NCBI GenBank assembly: GCA_965205335.1
Contig: OZ242164.1
Coordinates: forward strand, 96,001 to 160,000
Source of the DNA: Candidatus Woesearchaeota archaeon
Lineage (GTDB): Archaea; Nanobdellota; Nanobdellia; Woesearchaeales; UBA583
DNA: 64,000 nucleotides
Direction: 5' to 3'
Shown here: piece by piece, positions 21,552 through 31,934 of the stretch
How positions within the stretch are numbered: position 1 is the first letter of the stretch
Layout of the letters: each line of letters opens with the position of its first letter
Made by a program: the position numbers and the translations under genes
The notes under the pieces: generated by a model
What the model saw: the letters and a program-made list of their open reading frames with translations, nothing else
What the model was told of the DNA's origin: nothing
The model's database searches: none

Positions 21552-22422
21552 TTTTTAGTACATTTCTTCTCTCTTCTTTTAGTAATTTTTTAATGTGATT
21601 GTTTAATTTAAATACATTCCAAGTTCCCCAAGTAATATCGCAATTATCTCTATTTTTTTCATCTACTATAAAGTCTGCTAATGATAAACCATAGTGATGA
21701 TTGCAGTGATATTGTGCTATGAATTCTTTTTTAATTTCTTTTTGGTTGAATTTTTTTAATAATTCTTTGTTTAGATTTTCTTTAGTATATTTTGCATAGA
21801 GAATAGGTTTATCTCTATATAATGAAAAAGCATCTCTTGAACCATGTCCTATTAGGTATAATCTTTTGTATTCGTTGTTATAAATAATTTCATCAAGTTT
21901 ATCTTCTGTTAGGTTGGTAAATATTTTAAATTTCCATCTTCTTAGTTTTACTAATTCACAAATATATTTAAGATTAATATCAAAAGTAGGTACTAGCCAA
22001 TCCCTTAAATTAAATTTATCAAAATTTGCGATAACTATTGCAGTATCAGATTTTTTGGACTCTAATTTTTTGTATTTGTGTAAGTGGTATCTGTAAAGAA
22101 TAAATTTATATATAAGATTACAAATGAGAAGAATTGTAAGTAGGCTTATGTATGGGGCAATCTCTACTAGTCCCAAAATAATGCCGTATCCTGTAAGATA
22201 AACAAATAGTAAAGTATTAGATTTCAAAAGATTAACTAATATGATTGTACTAATTATAATATAAATTAATATTATAATATGTCCTAAACTAAAGAATTTT
22301 CTTTTCCAATTTTTTCTGTTTTTTATTTCCTTTGTTTTCTTTAGTATTTTCTTCTTATGTTCTTCTGAGTATTTCACTTTACAATTAAGTTCATCATTTA
22401 GTTTTTTAACCAATCTATTCAT
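21538..22422 (-). CDS. Membrane protein with possible caspase/CHAT-like His-Cys dyad
   Basis: 2-3 hydrophobic segments followed by LYLIGHGS ... IAQYHCN. Confidence 0.55.
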   Translation of the reverse strand: MNRLVKKLNDELNCKVKYSEEHKKKILKKTKEIKNRKNWKRKFFSLGHIIILIYIIISTIILVNLLKSNTLLFVYLTGYGIILGLVEIAPYISLLTILLICNLIYKFILYRYHLHKYKKLESKKSDTAIVIANFDKFNLRDWLVPTFDINLKYICELVKLRRWKFKIFTNLTEDKLDEIIYNNEYKRLYLIGHGSRDAFSLYRDKPILYAKYTKENLNKELLKKFNQKEIKKEFIAQYHCNHHYGLSLADFIVDEKNRDNCDITWGTWNVFKLNNHIKKLLKEERRNVLKNESN

Positions 22423-22631
22423 TTTATTTTAGTATAACCAAAAACCTCATTAATAAATTTATGAAAATATTTTCCTTTCGAAGATGCTTCCATTAAATCA
22501 TCAAAAATATTTTCTGGAACATTATAATAAACGTATATACCTCCTGAGTTAAACTCTATTTCTAATTGTGATTTAGCTTTATCATATCCAACTGATTTTA
22601 GATTTGATGAACTTACATTTATTCTTTCCAT
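22419..22631 (-). CDS. KTSC domain protein
   Basis: VSSSNLKSVGYD..LEIEFNSGGIYVYYNVP..SKGKYF. Confidence 0.9.
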   Translation of the reverse strand: MERINVSSSNLKSVGYDKAKSQLEIEFNSGGIYVYYNVPENIFDDLMEASSKGKYFHKFINEVFGYTKIK

Positions 22632-22634
22632 TTC

Positions 22635-22919
22635 TTATCTTCCCTTATTTGAGAAACCTTTCTTTCTCATTCTTTCATTTATTGAACCATTATCGTTAGA
22701 CATTCTGACTAATGTTCTTCCATATTTATCTTTTCCAACTCTTGTAACATTAGCAGAGTTGTTTGATTTTCCAAGCATTCCAGCTAAAGTTCTTTTAGCA
22801 GAACTTGCACCTCTTCTCCCTGTTTCAGGAGCTCTAACATTAGTAAGTCTGAAATTTTCACCATTGGCAAACTTTCCAGAATCACCATCAAATAGTTTTT
22901 TTATTTTTCTTTTTACCAT
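22635..22919 (-). CDS. Thermonuclease (SNase-like), minimal
   Basis: DGDS, RLTNVRAPE, DKYGRTL, INERM..G. Confidence 0.85.
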   Translation of the reverse strand: MVKRKIKKLFDGDSGKFANGENFRLTNVRAPETGRRGASSAKRTLAGMLGKSNNSANVTRVGKDKYGRTLVRMSNDNGSINERMRKKGFSNKGR

Positions 22920-23032
22920 TATAAGTATGTAATGGTTTTTAAAATATATATTATTAATCTTTCATCTCTTGAGAACATTGTTCTCTTTAGGAGAACAATA
23001 AGATTAATAAGTAAATCTGACGATTAAATTAT

Positions 23033-23698
23033 ATGCCAACCGAAATTAATCCTTCTGATTGTCCTAAATTCGTAGATTATCTTAAATTCTTAAAAGGCTT
23101 AACAGATAAAGAAGTTGGCAATTATCTAAAATTAATTGGCAGAGGACATATTACAAAAGATACAGTTTTAGAAAAAACAAAGATTACTAATCAATCGCAA
23201 CCCTATAAACTTTTAGGAAAATTAGAAAATGCTAAACTAGTAAGCCTAGTTTCTAATAATAGGAAGAAAACATATCAAATGATAAATCCTAGAACTATAT
23301 TTGAGGAAATGAAAATTGAGGTAGAATCAATAGATGATGAAATTGGTTTACTTCAAGAACAATATGAGAATACTAATTTTGAACTTCAGGAGTGTGATAA
23401 AGTTCAAGATTTAAAAACAGAAGTTGAGATTGAGCATGAATTGTTCAATCTAAAATCAAATAGTTTTGAAATTGAATTTTGTGTGAAAGAAAAATCAAAA
23501 ATAATGAAACTAAAAAGATTTGATAAATACAATAAAACATCTGCAAACTTGGATTTTATTCTTTTTAAAAGTGGAAAAAATGCAGGAGTAATATTACTAG
23601 AATTAATTGAAGATGATAAATGCACTAGAGTTAGTGGAGTTAAAATTAATTCAAAAAATCTGTTCACAGAGTATAAGGGCTTAAAAAATGGAAACTAA
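23033..23698 (+). CDS. TrmB-like HTH regulator
   Basis: GLTDKEVGNYLKL..PYKLLGKLENAKLV..YQMINP; inverted repeats GAGAACA/TGTTCTC upstream (22970-22998). Confidence 0.7.
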   Translation: MPTEINPSDCPKFVDYLKFLKGLTDKEVGNYLKLIGRGHITKDTVLEKTKITNQSQPYKLLGKLENAKLVSLVSNNRKKTYQMINPRTIFEEMKIEVESIDDEIGLLQEQYENTNFELQECDKVQDLKTEVEIEHELFNLKSNSFEIEFCVKEKSKIMKLKRFDKYNKTSANLDFILFKSGKNAGVILLELIEDDKCTRVSGVKINSKNLFTEYKGLKNGN

Positions 23699-24122
23699 AA
23701 AACAAATCATTCTAAGTATATTTCACCAACTTCAAGAAATATATGGAAGAACATATATTCAAAAATTGGTGTTTTTATTGAATAAGGAAGTATTCAAGCA
23801 AGAATTATTTTCTTATTTAAATTATAAATTCGGACCATATAGTATAGAAGTAAATTCTGAATTAACTAATTTAGTTAAAGAGGGTTTAGTTGATGAATTA
23901 GAAGAAATGTCAAAACATTCAAATAATTTAGTATATAAATATAAATTAACTGAAATGGGTCTAAATGAAGCTAAAAAATCTTATAATAATTTAGATAGGA
24001 AAACTAAAGACTTGATAAACGATTATATTAAAAAATTTGCAGATTTCACACCAACTGAGATATTGAGATATGTATATAAAAAATATCCAGAGGTTACTGT
24101 TAATAGTCAATTTGAAATGTAA
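23688..24122 (+). CDS. YwgA/Panacea(SocA)-like winged-helix protein
   Basis: GRTYIQKLVFLL, YKFGPYS, YVYKKYPE. Confidence 0.75.
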   Translation: METKKQIILSIFHQLQEIYGRTYIQKLVFLLNKEVFKQELFSYLNYKFGPYSIEVNSELTNLVKEGLVDELEEMSKHSNNLVYKYKLTEMGLNEAKKSYNNLDRKTKDLINDYIKKFADFTPTEILRYVYKKYPEVTVNSQFEM

Positions 24123-24323
24123 AGATGCTTAAAAGTACTAATTCATATGTCAAAGAGAGTTTAAACACTAAGCCAATTTCAAATAAGACTTATGATATTG
24201 AAAAAGCAATATTGAAATATACTAATGAGGGAAGAAGAAAAAAGAGTTAGAGAATCAATTAAGAAAATTATTTGGTTAAAAGGATATGTAAGGAGCAAGT
24301 TCTGTAACAACTTCAGATTTTAA

Positions 24324-25511
24324 TTATTTTTTATCTTCCAGTTTATCGGAAACTGTTAAAATTCCTTTTTTTACAGCTTGAGATTTTAACTTCAAATTAT
24401 ATTCTTTTAACTCTTTTTGATTAATTAATTTCTTTTGAGAATCATTAGGTAATGAAATGTATGCTTTTTTCTCTTCAAGTTCTAACTCTTTCAAGTCATC
24501 ATCATTAAATATGTCTTGAACGTTATTATTTAGATATTCATCATTTTCACCAAATAATACATCTACTTTTGTTCTCAAATTATTATGGTGTCTATATTGA
24601 CCAATTAACCACATAATTTTACTCTTCTTCTCAGGATCAAAATCTTTTAATTCTTCAATTCCATCTAAGATTTTAAAAGTTTGAATAATTGAACTAAATT
24701 GTTGGATAGGTATTACTTGAACTTCTCCTTTAGCTTTTCTAAAAGGAAAATTATATACATCTAAATAATTTAAAACTTCAAATGGTGCAACCAGATATAA
24801 AGTAGAAAAAACATCTTTTTGAGCGTATTTCTCCATATCTATAGCTGATTTTTTCACTGATGTTTTAATTTTTTCTTTAATAATTGATTCTCTTTTGGAA
24901 ATATCTTCCATATTAAAAATTTCTGCAGTTAATTTAGGTGACTTTGCATCAAAAATATAATACATTCCCCCAATTTCAACAGTAAATTCTGGCTCTCCTT
25001 TAACAGGAGAATCAGTTTTCACATAATAAGTTAAGTTATTAGTTTTACAATATTCCCCTAGATTATTAATGACATCAGATTCGTGGGTTCTAAACTGTTT
25101 CTCTATTTTCTCAAATTTTAGTTTAGTTTCAGCTTCCTTACCTTCTTGTAATTCTTTTTTTAACTTCTCCAAAGCTTCCTTTGCATCAGAAAAAGATTTG
25201 CTCTCTGCAGAAAATTTATTCAATCCTTTTTTCTCATCAGATTTTTTCTCTGATAATTGAGTATTTAAATCTTTTATTTCTTGACTTTGTTCAATTTCTT
25301 TATTTTTTAAATCATGATAATCATTAAACTTTTCAAATTCATTTACTAAATTATCGTAATCCTTATTTAAACTTGAGAACTCAGAATTTGCATCAATTCT
25401 TAACTTACTCGAAAATCCAATGAAATTTAAAATGAAATTCTTAAAGGATCCAACTTCTGAAATTTTAACCATAAAATTTCTTAAATTATCATAAGTTATT
25501 TTCTCTCTCAT
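24324..25511 (-). CDS. Coiled-coil + RmuC-like nuclease-fold protein
   Basis: N-terminal coiled coil followed by PEF..IFDAKSP. Confidence 0.5.
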   Translation of the reverse strand: MREKITYDNLRNFMVKISEVGSFKNFILNFIGFSSKLRIDANSEFSSLNKDYDNLVNEFEKFNDYHDLKNKEIEQSQEIKDLNTQLSEKKSDEKKGLNKFSAESKSFSDAKEALEKLKKELQEGKEAETKLKFEKIEKQFRTHESDVINNLGEYCKTNNLTYYVKTDSPVKGEPEFTVEIGGMYYIFDAKSPKLTAEIFNMEDISKRESIIKEKIKTSVKKSAIDMEKYAQKDVFSTLYLVAPFEVLNYLDVYNFPFRKAKGEVQVIPIQQFSSIIQTFKILDGIEELKDFDPEKKSKIMWLIGQYRHHNNLRTKVDVLFGENDEYLNNNVQDIFNDDDLKELELEEKKAYISLPNDSQKKLINQKELKEYNLKLKSQAVKKGILTVSDKLEDKK

Positions 25512-25754
25512 TAAAAATTAAACTTTGTACTATTATATAAAACTATCTCTCATTAATTCCTTAATTTGAATTTCCTGATAGAGTTTTTTTGCAGAGTTTA
25601 TTTGATGATTACAATAGAAAGATAATATTTCAGACTTTATTTCAATTTTACACCAGAACTCCTAAATATTTTTAAAATTAAGTACATTCTTAGTTATTTA
25701 TGAAAGATGTGAATCTAAAAAAGAAGACTACTAAAAGTTATGGGGATGGTTTAG

Positions 25755-27326
25755 ATGGGATTTTTTGATAAATTGTTGGGAAGAAAAAAACCATCTGAAG
25801 AAGTCAAAGTATCAGGCTTAGATGATTCTATTGGAGAAATTGACCGTTGCCCGTATTGTAAAGAGAAATTAGATCTTATTCCCTTAAGAAAGAAGAAATG
25901 TCCTCATTGTGGAGAAACTATGTATAGTAGAACTAGACCTGCAGATAGGAAGAAAATCCTAATAACTGAGCAACAAAAAGATGAAGTTGAAGTACAATGG
26001 TCTAAGTACCATGAAATTCAAGAAGAAACTAAACTTATAGGGAATCCTGAATTTGCTGATGCAAAGAAAGAACTTACTAAACAATTCGGGAAAGAACCAA
26101 GTCTAAATGACGTTAAATGGAGGGTTTATAATCAGAATATTATTAAATATGCATCAGAAAGGCAATGGGGCTTATATCGTAATAATAAGCTTGATATGGC
26201 AAATCTTTTACAAAAAGAAGGGAGATATAAAACAGCATTAAGTATGCTATTTGAGGTCATCTATTTAGATGTAAATGGGTGCAATAATGTAGGAATGATC
26301 TATTCTTCTAAGTCTGAAATGGATGAATTAGGCATTAAGGAATTTGATCTAAAATTAGCTTTTATGGCTCCGGGAGTAATAAGACCTATTCAGGATTTAA
26401 TCGAGCAATTAAATCTATCAGAGAAGGAAGCAAGGAACCTATTTATTTCTGTAAATAAGGAAATTAAGCCATCAAAGAATATGCCTATTTCAGAAGATAA
26501 AGCATGGGAGAAAATTATCAAAGAGATTAATATTAATAAGGCGAATGCAAAAAAAGTGGAAGAACTTGACGCAAGCAACATAGAATCTGTGGTTAAGGAA
26601 ATTAAGGATCTTATTAAAACAAAGAATAAGGATACTCTTAACTCTATTGTCTATAAATTCAGAAATGAACATAAAACTAAAGAAATGATCAATTCTAATG
26701 CCTCAGGAATAAGAAAAGTCATTAAAACTTTACTTGATCATAAAGAAGAGGCTAATGAACTTGGAGTTTCAATTCTCTTATTTTACATAAAGAAAGATTC
26801 AGAATTATTTAGTGATATTGTAGAAGAGTATATAAAAGACAATATGAAGAAATTTGAGAGATGTCCTGAAGAACACACTATTGGAGAACTCGGAAAAATA
26901 AACCCCACTTGGGTAAAAAACTTAATACCAGAAATGATCAAACAACTTCAAAAAAATGCTGAGTGGAATACTAGAAGATTTATTGCATTTAATTTAGGAA
27001 ATATTGGATCCAAACACCCAGAATTGGTAAAAAAAGCGATTCCTATTATGATTGATTACATTAAAAATCCTACTGAAATTACGAGACCAAAACCATTAAA
27101 GATTGAAGAAAATGGAGTTAAGTTATCAATTGAAATATCTGTAAATATATTTAAGAAATATCAAACTCAATGGTTAAAAGATTCATATATTGATTCATTA
27201 GGAATGATCGCAAAAGGAGATCATGAACTTATTAGCAAATACAAATCATTATTTTCTAAAATAGCTAAAAATGACAAAAGTGAGTATTCTAGAAAGAAAG
27301 CTCAAACTGTTTTAGATCTTCTCTAA
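25755..27326 (+). CDS. Zn-ribbon + HEAT-like repeat protein
   Basis: MGFFDKLLG start, CPYC..CPHC, WNTRRFIAFNLGNIG helical repeats. Confidence 0.65.
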   Translation: MGFFDKLLGRKKPSEEVKVSGLDDSIGEIDRCPYCKEKLDLIPLRKKKCPHCGETMYSRTRPADRKKILITEQQKDEVEVQWSKYHEIQEETKLIGNPEFADAKKELTKQFGKEPSLNDVKWRVYNQNIIKYASERQWGLYRNNKLDMANLLQKEGRYKTALSMLFEVIYLDVNGCNNVGMIYSSKSEMDELGIKEFDLKLAFMAPGVIRPIQDLIEQLNLSEKEARNLFISVNKEIKPSKNMPISEDKAWEKIIKEININKANAKKVEELDASNIESVVKEIKDLIKTKNKDTLNSIVYKFRNEHKTKEMINSNASGIRKVIKTLLDHKEEANELGVSILLFYIKKDSELFSDIVEEYIKDNMKKFERCPEEHTIGELGKINPTWVKNLIPEMIKQLQKNAEWNTRRFIAFNLGNIGSKHPELVKKAIPIMIDYIKNPTEITRPKPLKIEENGVKLSIEISVNIFKKYQTQWLKDSYIDSLGMIAKGDHELISKYKSLFSKIAKNDKSEYSRKKAQTVLDLL

Positions 27327-27431
27327 TTCTTCTAACTAAAAAACTTTATAGATTAAATTTTGTACTATTATATATGATTTTCCTTTTTTAATTCTTTAAT
27401 TTGAATTTATGGACAGATCCTAATAATTGAA

Positions 27432-28364
27432 ATGTTTATAAATATCAAGTTTTGTGTTTTTAATATGGTGAAGAAATTATTTTTTGTGCCTGAATTTATT
27501 TTGGATTCAAATCCACAAATACGAAAGTTTGAGAAATTTGATAAATTAATTGATTTTGAAGAATTTCAGAGATACTCAAAAGATTATAAACCTAAAAACA
27601 TTCTAAAAGAGTTAGACAAGGAATCATTAGACAAAGAAGTATTTAAGGAGTTAGGATTAGATAAATACGAGAAGCATATTTCATATGAAGAATTAAAATC
27701 AAGTTCAAATAAGGTTTTATCTGATATTAGTCCACATTATAACCCTAAGAAGTTTAAAAATGAGGGTATAAGAAAGAGTGTTGTTTTGAAATCCTTGCAT
27801 ACATTTGTAATACAATTTGTAGAGAATACCTATTTCAAGGATAATTTTGATTCATATTTAATTGATGTGGATAAAGTTAATGATAATAACTACTTAGGCT
27901 ATAAATTCCTATTTGAAACACGTTTCAAGTATGATTTCTTATCAAATTTACTCTCATATATTGGAAACATTTTAGAATATAATAAGTACCAGTACAATTT
28001 GGTAATTAAGGAAACTTCAAAATATAGACCCAGAGGAATTAATAAACTATTAGGGATGATTCTTTCAGACTTACAGAATTATATGTCCAAGATTGTTTTC
28101 TTTTACAATAGAGAAAGAAGACAAATTGAATTAAATTTGAGATGGGTAAAAAACTATAGTCCAGAATCTTATGAACTATCATTGGAGTTAATTAAAAAGA
28201 TAGATATTGAAATAAACAATTTAGAAGTAAAATCTAAAGAAATTGATAAAATTAGAAGTTTAATTAATAGAAACTTTCTTAAAAGACTTTGGGACAGCCT
28301 ACCTCCAATAAAAAGAATAAGAGGAAAAGTATCTGATATTGAAGGGGAAATAGAGTTCAAATAG
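27432..28364 (+). CDS. Hypothetical protein
   Basis: 310-aa ORF (likely start 27465). Confidence 0.6.
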   Translation: MFINIKFCVFNMVKKLFFVPEFILDSNPQIRKFEKFDKLIDFEEFQRYSKDYKPKNILKELDKESLDKEVFKELGLDKYEKHISYEELKSSSNKVLSDISPHYNPKKFKNEGIRKSVVLKSLHTFVIQFVENTYFKDNFDSYLIDVDKVNDNNYLGYKFLFETRFKYDFLSNLLSYIGNILEYNKYQYNLVIKETSKYRPRGINKLLGMILSDLQNYMSKIVFFYNRERRQIELNLRWVKNYSPESYELSLELIKKIDIEINNLEVKSKEIDKIRSLINRNFLKRLWDSLPPIKRIRGKVSDIEGEIEFK

Positions 28365-28579
28365 AAATTAAATCTTCAAATTAAATAGAATATTCATATT
28401 TTCTGTTACTTCTTCGTTTAACTCGTGTAAACCTTCTAACTTCTCTGTAATTTTTTCTTCTGAATTCATGGTCTTGGTTTTCTTCATATTTATCTAAGGG
28501 AGTAAACATTTATAAATCTTTTGAGAATTTTGAGAATTTTTGGGCAAATGTTAGTTATTTTACCTAATTCCTATAGATA

Positions 28580-29143
28580 CTATTGAGAAAATATTTTTTT
28601 TTTATTTTTTTTAGTTAAACTAATTGTGTTAAGTATTGGATGATTGTTATACTCATTGTTACTTTCTTCAAATAAACATTTCAGAATTTCGTCATGTGTG
28701 ATAATCATTATATTCTCTTTTTTAAGAAATTCTCTAATTTCTTGTTCATAGTTTCTATTAACACTATAGCAAAACAAAACACAAGAAAAATCTTTGTAAC
28801 CATATTCCTTTTCTAATTCATTTAAGATTTTTCTTTTATATTCTTTATTATTATATGCTTTAAATCTTCCATATTCTTCTCTTGATTTATATTTATCTCT
28901 TTTGCGTAATTTTTTATCTAGTTTTTTAAAACAACGATGATGTATTCCAAATCCTTTAACTTCTCCTAAAATTCTTAGTGGTAAACCATCTTTATCTTTT
29001 CCTTTTGTTTTAACTGCAATTAAATCTAGTTCAGTTCTTGGACTACTTTTTGTAGTCCTCACATTAACTTTTTTAGATGTTGTAACTAAATATCCTTTTT
29101 GTTCAAGATATATTTTTACTAATTCTTCAGTCGCTTCTGCCAT
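28580..29143 (-). CDS. PD-(D/E)XK nuclease-like protein (copy 2, inverted paralog of 20365)
   Basis: Closely similar protein and upstream region; stop codon lies inside the 50-bp dispersed repeat. Confidence 0.75.
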   Translation of the reverse strand: MAEATEELVKIYLEQKGYLVTTSKKVNVRTTKSSPRTELDLIAVKTKGKDKDGLPLRILGEVKGFGIHHRCFKKLDKKLRKRDKYKSREEYGRFKAYNNKEYKRKILNELEKEYGYKDFSCVLFCYSVNRNYEQEIREFLKKENIMIITHDEILKCLFEESNNEYNNHPILNTISLTKKNKKKIFSQ

Positions 29144-29244
29144 ATATAGTTAGTTAATAAATTAGAATTTATATAAGGATTGTACTACTTTATATTGATA
29201 AATAAAAACACCCTGAAATTTAACAGAACCTACACTTAAAAAAA

Positions 29245-30201
29245 TTAAATTAATGATTCATTAAATTTGTAATAATTAATTCCAAAATTCAAATCTCTTC
29301 TTCCTAAATACATTAAAAACATACAACAAAAAATTACGCTAACATTAAATAATCCCTTTTCAACAAGTGATCTACAAGAAGATATAATATATATTGTTGA
29401 AGGATTTCTATTTATATAATCAATTTTATTTTGTATATTTACCTTTAATTTTTTCAAATTAAAACATTCTATTGTTTTTTCACCTTCTAAACTTTTAATT
29501 AAAATCTCTAATTTTCCTAAAATTGGCTGAAATATATTTTCTATTGTTAACTGATTATAATGATTTACTCCATTATTTATAATATTAATATAAGTTGGGT
29601 AATTTTTTAATTTTTTAAAATTATATTTTTTTAATATTCTTGAGTTTCTAAAATGTTCAAATAAATTTTTTTTATATCCTTGTTTAAATAATAAACTCAT
29701 TGAATTTTCATATAAATTTGGGTGGAAGAAGAATTTATTCCTTATAACTCCAAATACTTTTAAAAAATTAATAAATATCTCTAAATCATTATTAGTTATT
29801 TCATCATTAACCTTTTCCAAATATCCTAATTTTTTGCCGAAAGTATAATTTCCTTTTTTAATTTTTTTAAAAATGTCTGCTTTATATTCCTCCTTTAATC
29901 GTGGATAAGATAAAATAAATTTATCCATAAGATTTTCACTAAATAAAATTGTATTTAAAATAACTGAATAATCATTCTTAATATAGAGATTATTTTTTAC
30001 TTCCTCTAATAAATTCAACATTTGAGTATATGTTACTTCACTTTTGGGATAAGATTGTCTAGTATTATTCCCCATATTATTAAATATATTTTCTATTCTA
30101 AGATTTAATTCATCAATGATTTTGTAAATATGTGGGTTTTCGATTTCAAGTTTTCTCTCTATTTTCTCTTTATTTATTTCATATAATGTTTTAGTTTTCA
30201 T
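29245..30201 (-). CDS. Hypothetical protein, possibly HEPN-like
   Basis: TFGKKL..IRNKFFFH. Confidence 0.5.
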   Translation of the reverse strand: MKTKTLYEINKEKIERKLEIENPHIYKIIDELNLRIENIFNNMGNNTRQSYPKSEVTYTQMLNLLEEVKNNLYIKNDYSVILNTILFSENLMDKFILSYPRLKEEYKADIFKKIKKGNYTFGKKLGYLEKVNDEITNNDLEIFINFLKVFGVIRNKFFFHPNLYENSMSLLFKQGYKKNLFEHFRNSRILKKYNFKKLKNYPTYINIINNGVNHYNQLTIENIFQPILGKLEILIKSLEGEKTIECFNLKKLKVNIQNKIDYINRNPSTIYIISSCRSLVEKGLFNVSVIFCCMFLMYLGRRDLNFGINYYKFNESLI

Positions 30202-30652
30202 TTTAACTATACAAATCCTTACTCCTAGTTACTTATAAACATATTTGATTTACTCATATAACTCCACTATTCTCTCTCTCATTAAAAATAAAATTTTAGT
30301 TTTATAAAGTAGAAATACTTATTATTTTATTCATCTTTCTTCTCTATATTTTCTATCTCTTCTTTAAATAACTCATAAACTTTTTGTCCTAATTTAGATA
30401 TTTTTATATGTAATGGTTTATTATAATCATTAGTGGGCATTGACGCAATTGCTCCTTTATATTCACTTATAAAACCACACTCAATTAAATCATAATCTAC
30501 CATAGTAAAATTTTGAGTAATCTTTTGTAATTCTTTTTCTCTTTTTATTCTTGTTTCTTCATTTACTTCAAAATCTTTAATTTTTGTTCTATTGAGAGGT
30601 GCTGATTATAAAGTAGAAATTGAATTTTTTGATAAAAAATCAAATAATTAAC

Positions 30653-30949
30653 TTATCTTAAATTAATAATTAAAGTAATAACTAAAACTATTATATTTGT
30701 GATTGTTAAATAGATAAACCAATTAGTGTGTCTTTGCATTTCTTTAATTTGTTTATTTGCTAGTTTAACTTGTCTATCTAATACCATAATTTGTTGTTGA
30801 GCAAGTATTTTAACCCATTTGTCTTTTGTATCTTTGCTTAATGGTTTCCAATTTCCTAGTTTTTTATCTAATTTCTGAAACATAGTAAAGATTTTATTGA
30901 ATTTCCTTCCGATTTGTTCTATTTCTTCATCTGTGTAATGTTGTGCCAT
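30653..30949 (-). CDS. Small protein with C-terminal TM helix
   Basis: WFIYLTITNIIVLVITLII. Confidence 0.6.
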   Translation of the reverse strand: MAQHYTDEEIEQIGRKFNKIFTMFQKLDKKLGNWKPLSKDTKDKWVKILAQQQIMVLDRQVKLANKQIKEMQRHTNWFIYLTITNIIVLVITLIINLR

Positions 30950-31223
30950 AGAATTAGTTGGAATTTAGCAAATAAATACTTTTCGGACAAAGCCGACTTT
31001 TGGAATATATTTATAAACTCTGAAGTTTTTAATTATATTATGGCAGAAAAACAAGAAATTAAGAAAAATTTAAGTGGGCAAGATAGTTTAAATACAGAAT
31101 TTAAAAGTCTTGGTAAAGAAAATTTAACAAATAAAACTGCTCAACCGTCCTTTGGAGGAGTAAGCAGTTTCTTCGCTGGTAAGAAAATTACGAAGAAACC
31201 ACTAAATATAAAAATTAAATAAA

Positions 31224-31763
31224 TTAACAATAAAATAACTCTATTTCATTTATTCTAAAAAACATCAAATTAATATCTAATTTGATTTCTTCATCATCTT
31301 TTCTAATTAATATAATTTTAGTTTTTTTGCCTTCACAAATTCCTATTAAATCCCTATCCAAATAATATAAGTAACCCACATACCTAATTCCACTCTTTAA
31401 TTCTACTGCGATATACAATGGTTTCTCATATAACAAAATTTCATCTAATGTTTTATTAGGTTTAGAAGAAAGATTTTCCCTATAATACAATACTAAACAA
31501 ATTGTAAGTACAAATAAGAGCAATAAATATAATAGAACCCAATTAATCCCTTTAGTTCCGAAACTAGAAACTGAGATAATGTAAAATAAACTTCCAATTC
31601 CAAAGATAAATAATCCACCTTCCCAATGAGTAAATTTATCAAATCCTTTTGGAAGATTTCTATCTAAAAGATAAAATATTATATATGGAGGGACTAATAA
31701 GATAAGTATATATAATAAAGATATTTCGCTTAATAATGTATTTAATATTCCAACTTCTGACAT
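31224..31763 (-). CDS. Membrane protein (3 TM + small beta domain)
   Basis: Hydrophobic N-terminal half; VELKSGIRYVGYL. Confidence 0.65.
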   Translation of the reverse strand: MSEVGILNTLLSEISLLYILILLVPPYIIFYLLDRNLPKGFDKFTHWEGGLFIFGIGSLFYIISVSSFGTKGINWVLLYLLLLFVLTICLVLYYRENLSSKPNKTLDEILLYEKPLYIAVELKSGIRYVGYLYYLDRDLIGICEGKKTKIILIRKDDEEIKLDINLMFFRINEIELFYC

Positions 31764-31934
31764 ATAAATTAAAATATTTGATTATATATAAACTTTCTTA
31801 ATTTGGAAGTGATTAACCATAAAAGTTTGGGAAATAATAATTTTTGGAGAATGTAAACATCATACAACTCTGAACTCTGAATAATCTACTTATTAATAGT
31901 AAAATATAAAAAAGAAGTTTGATATTTCCTTATT

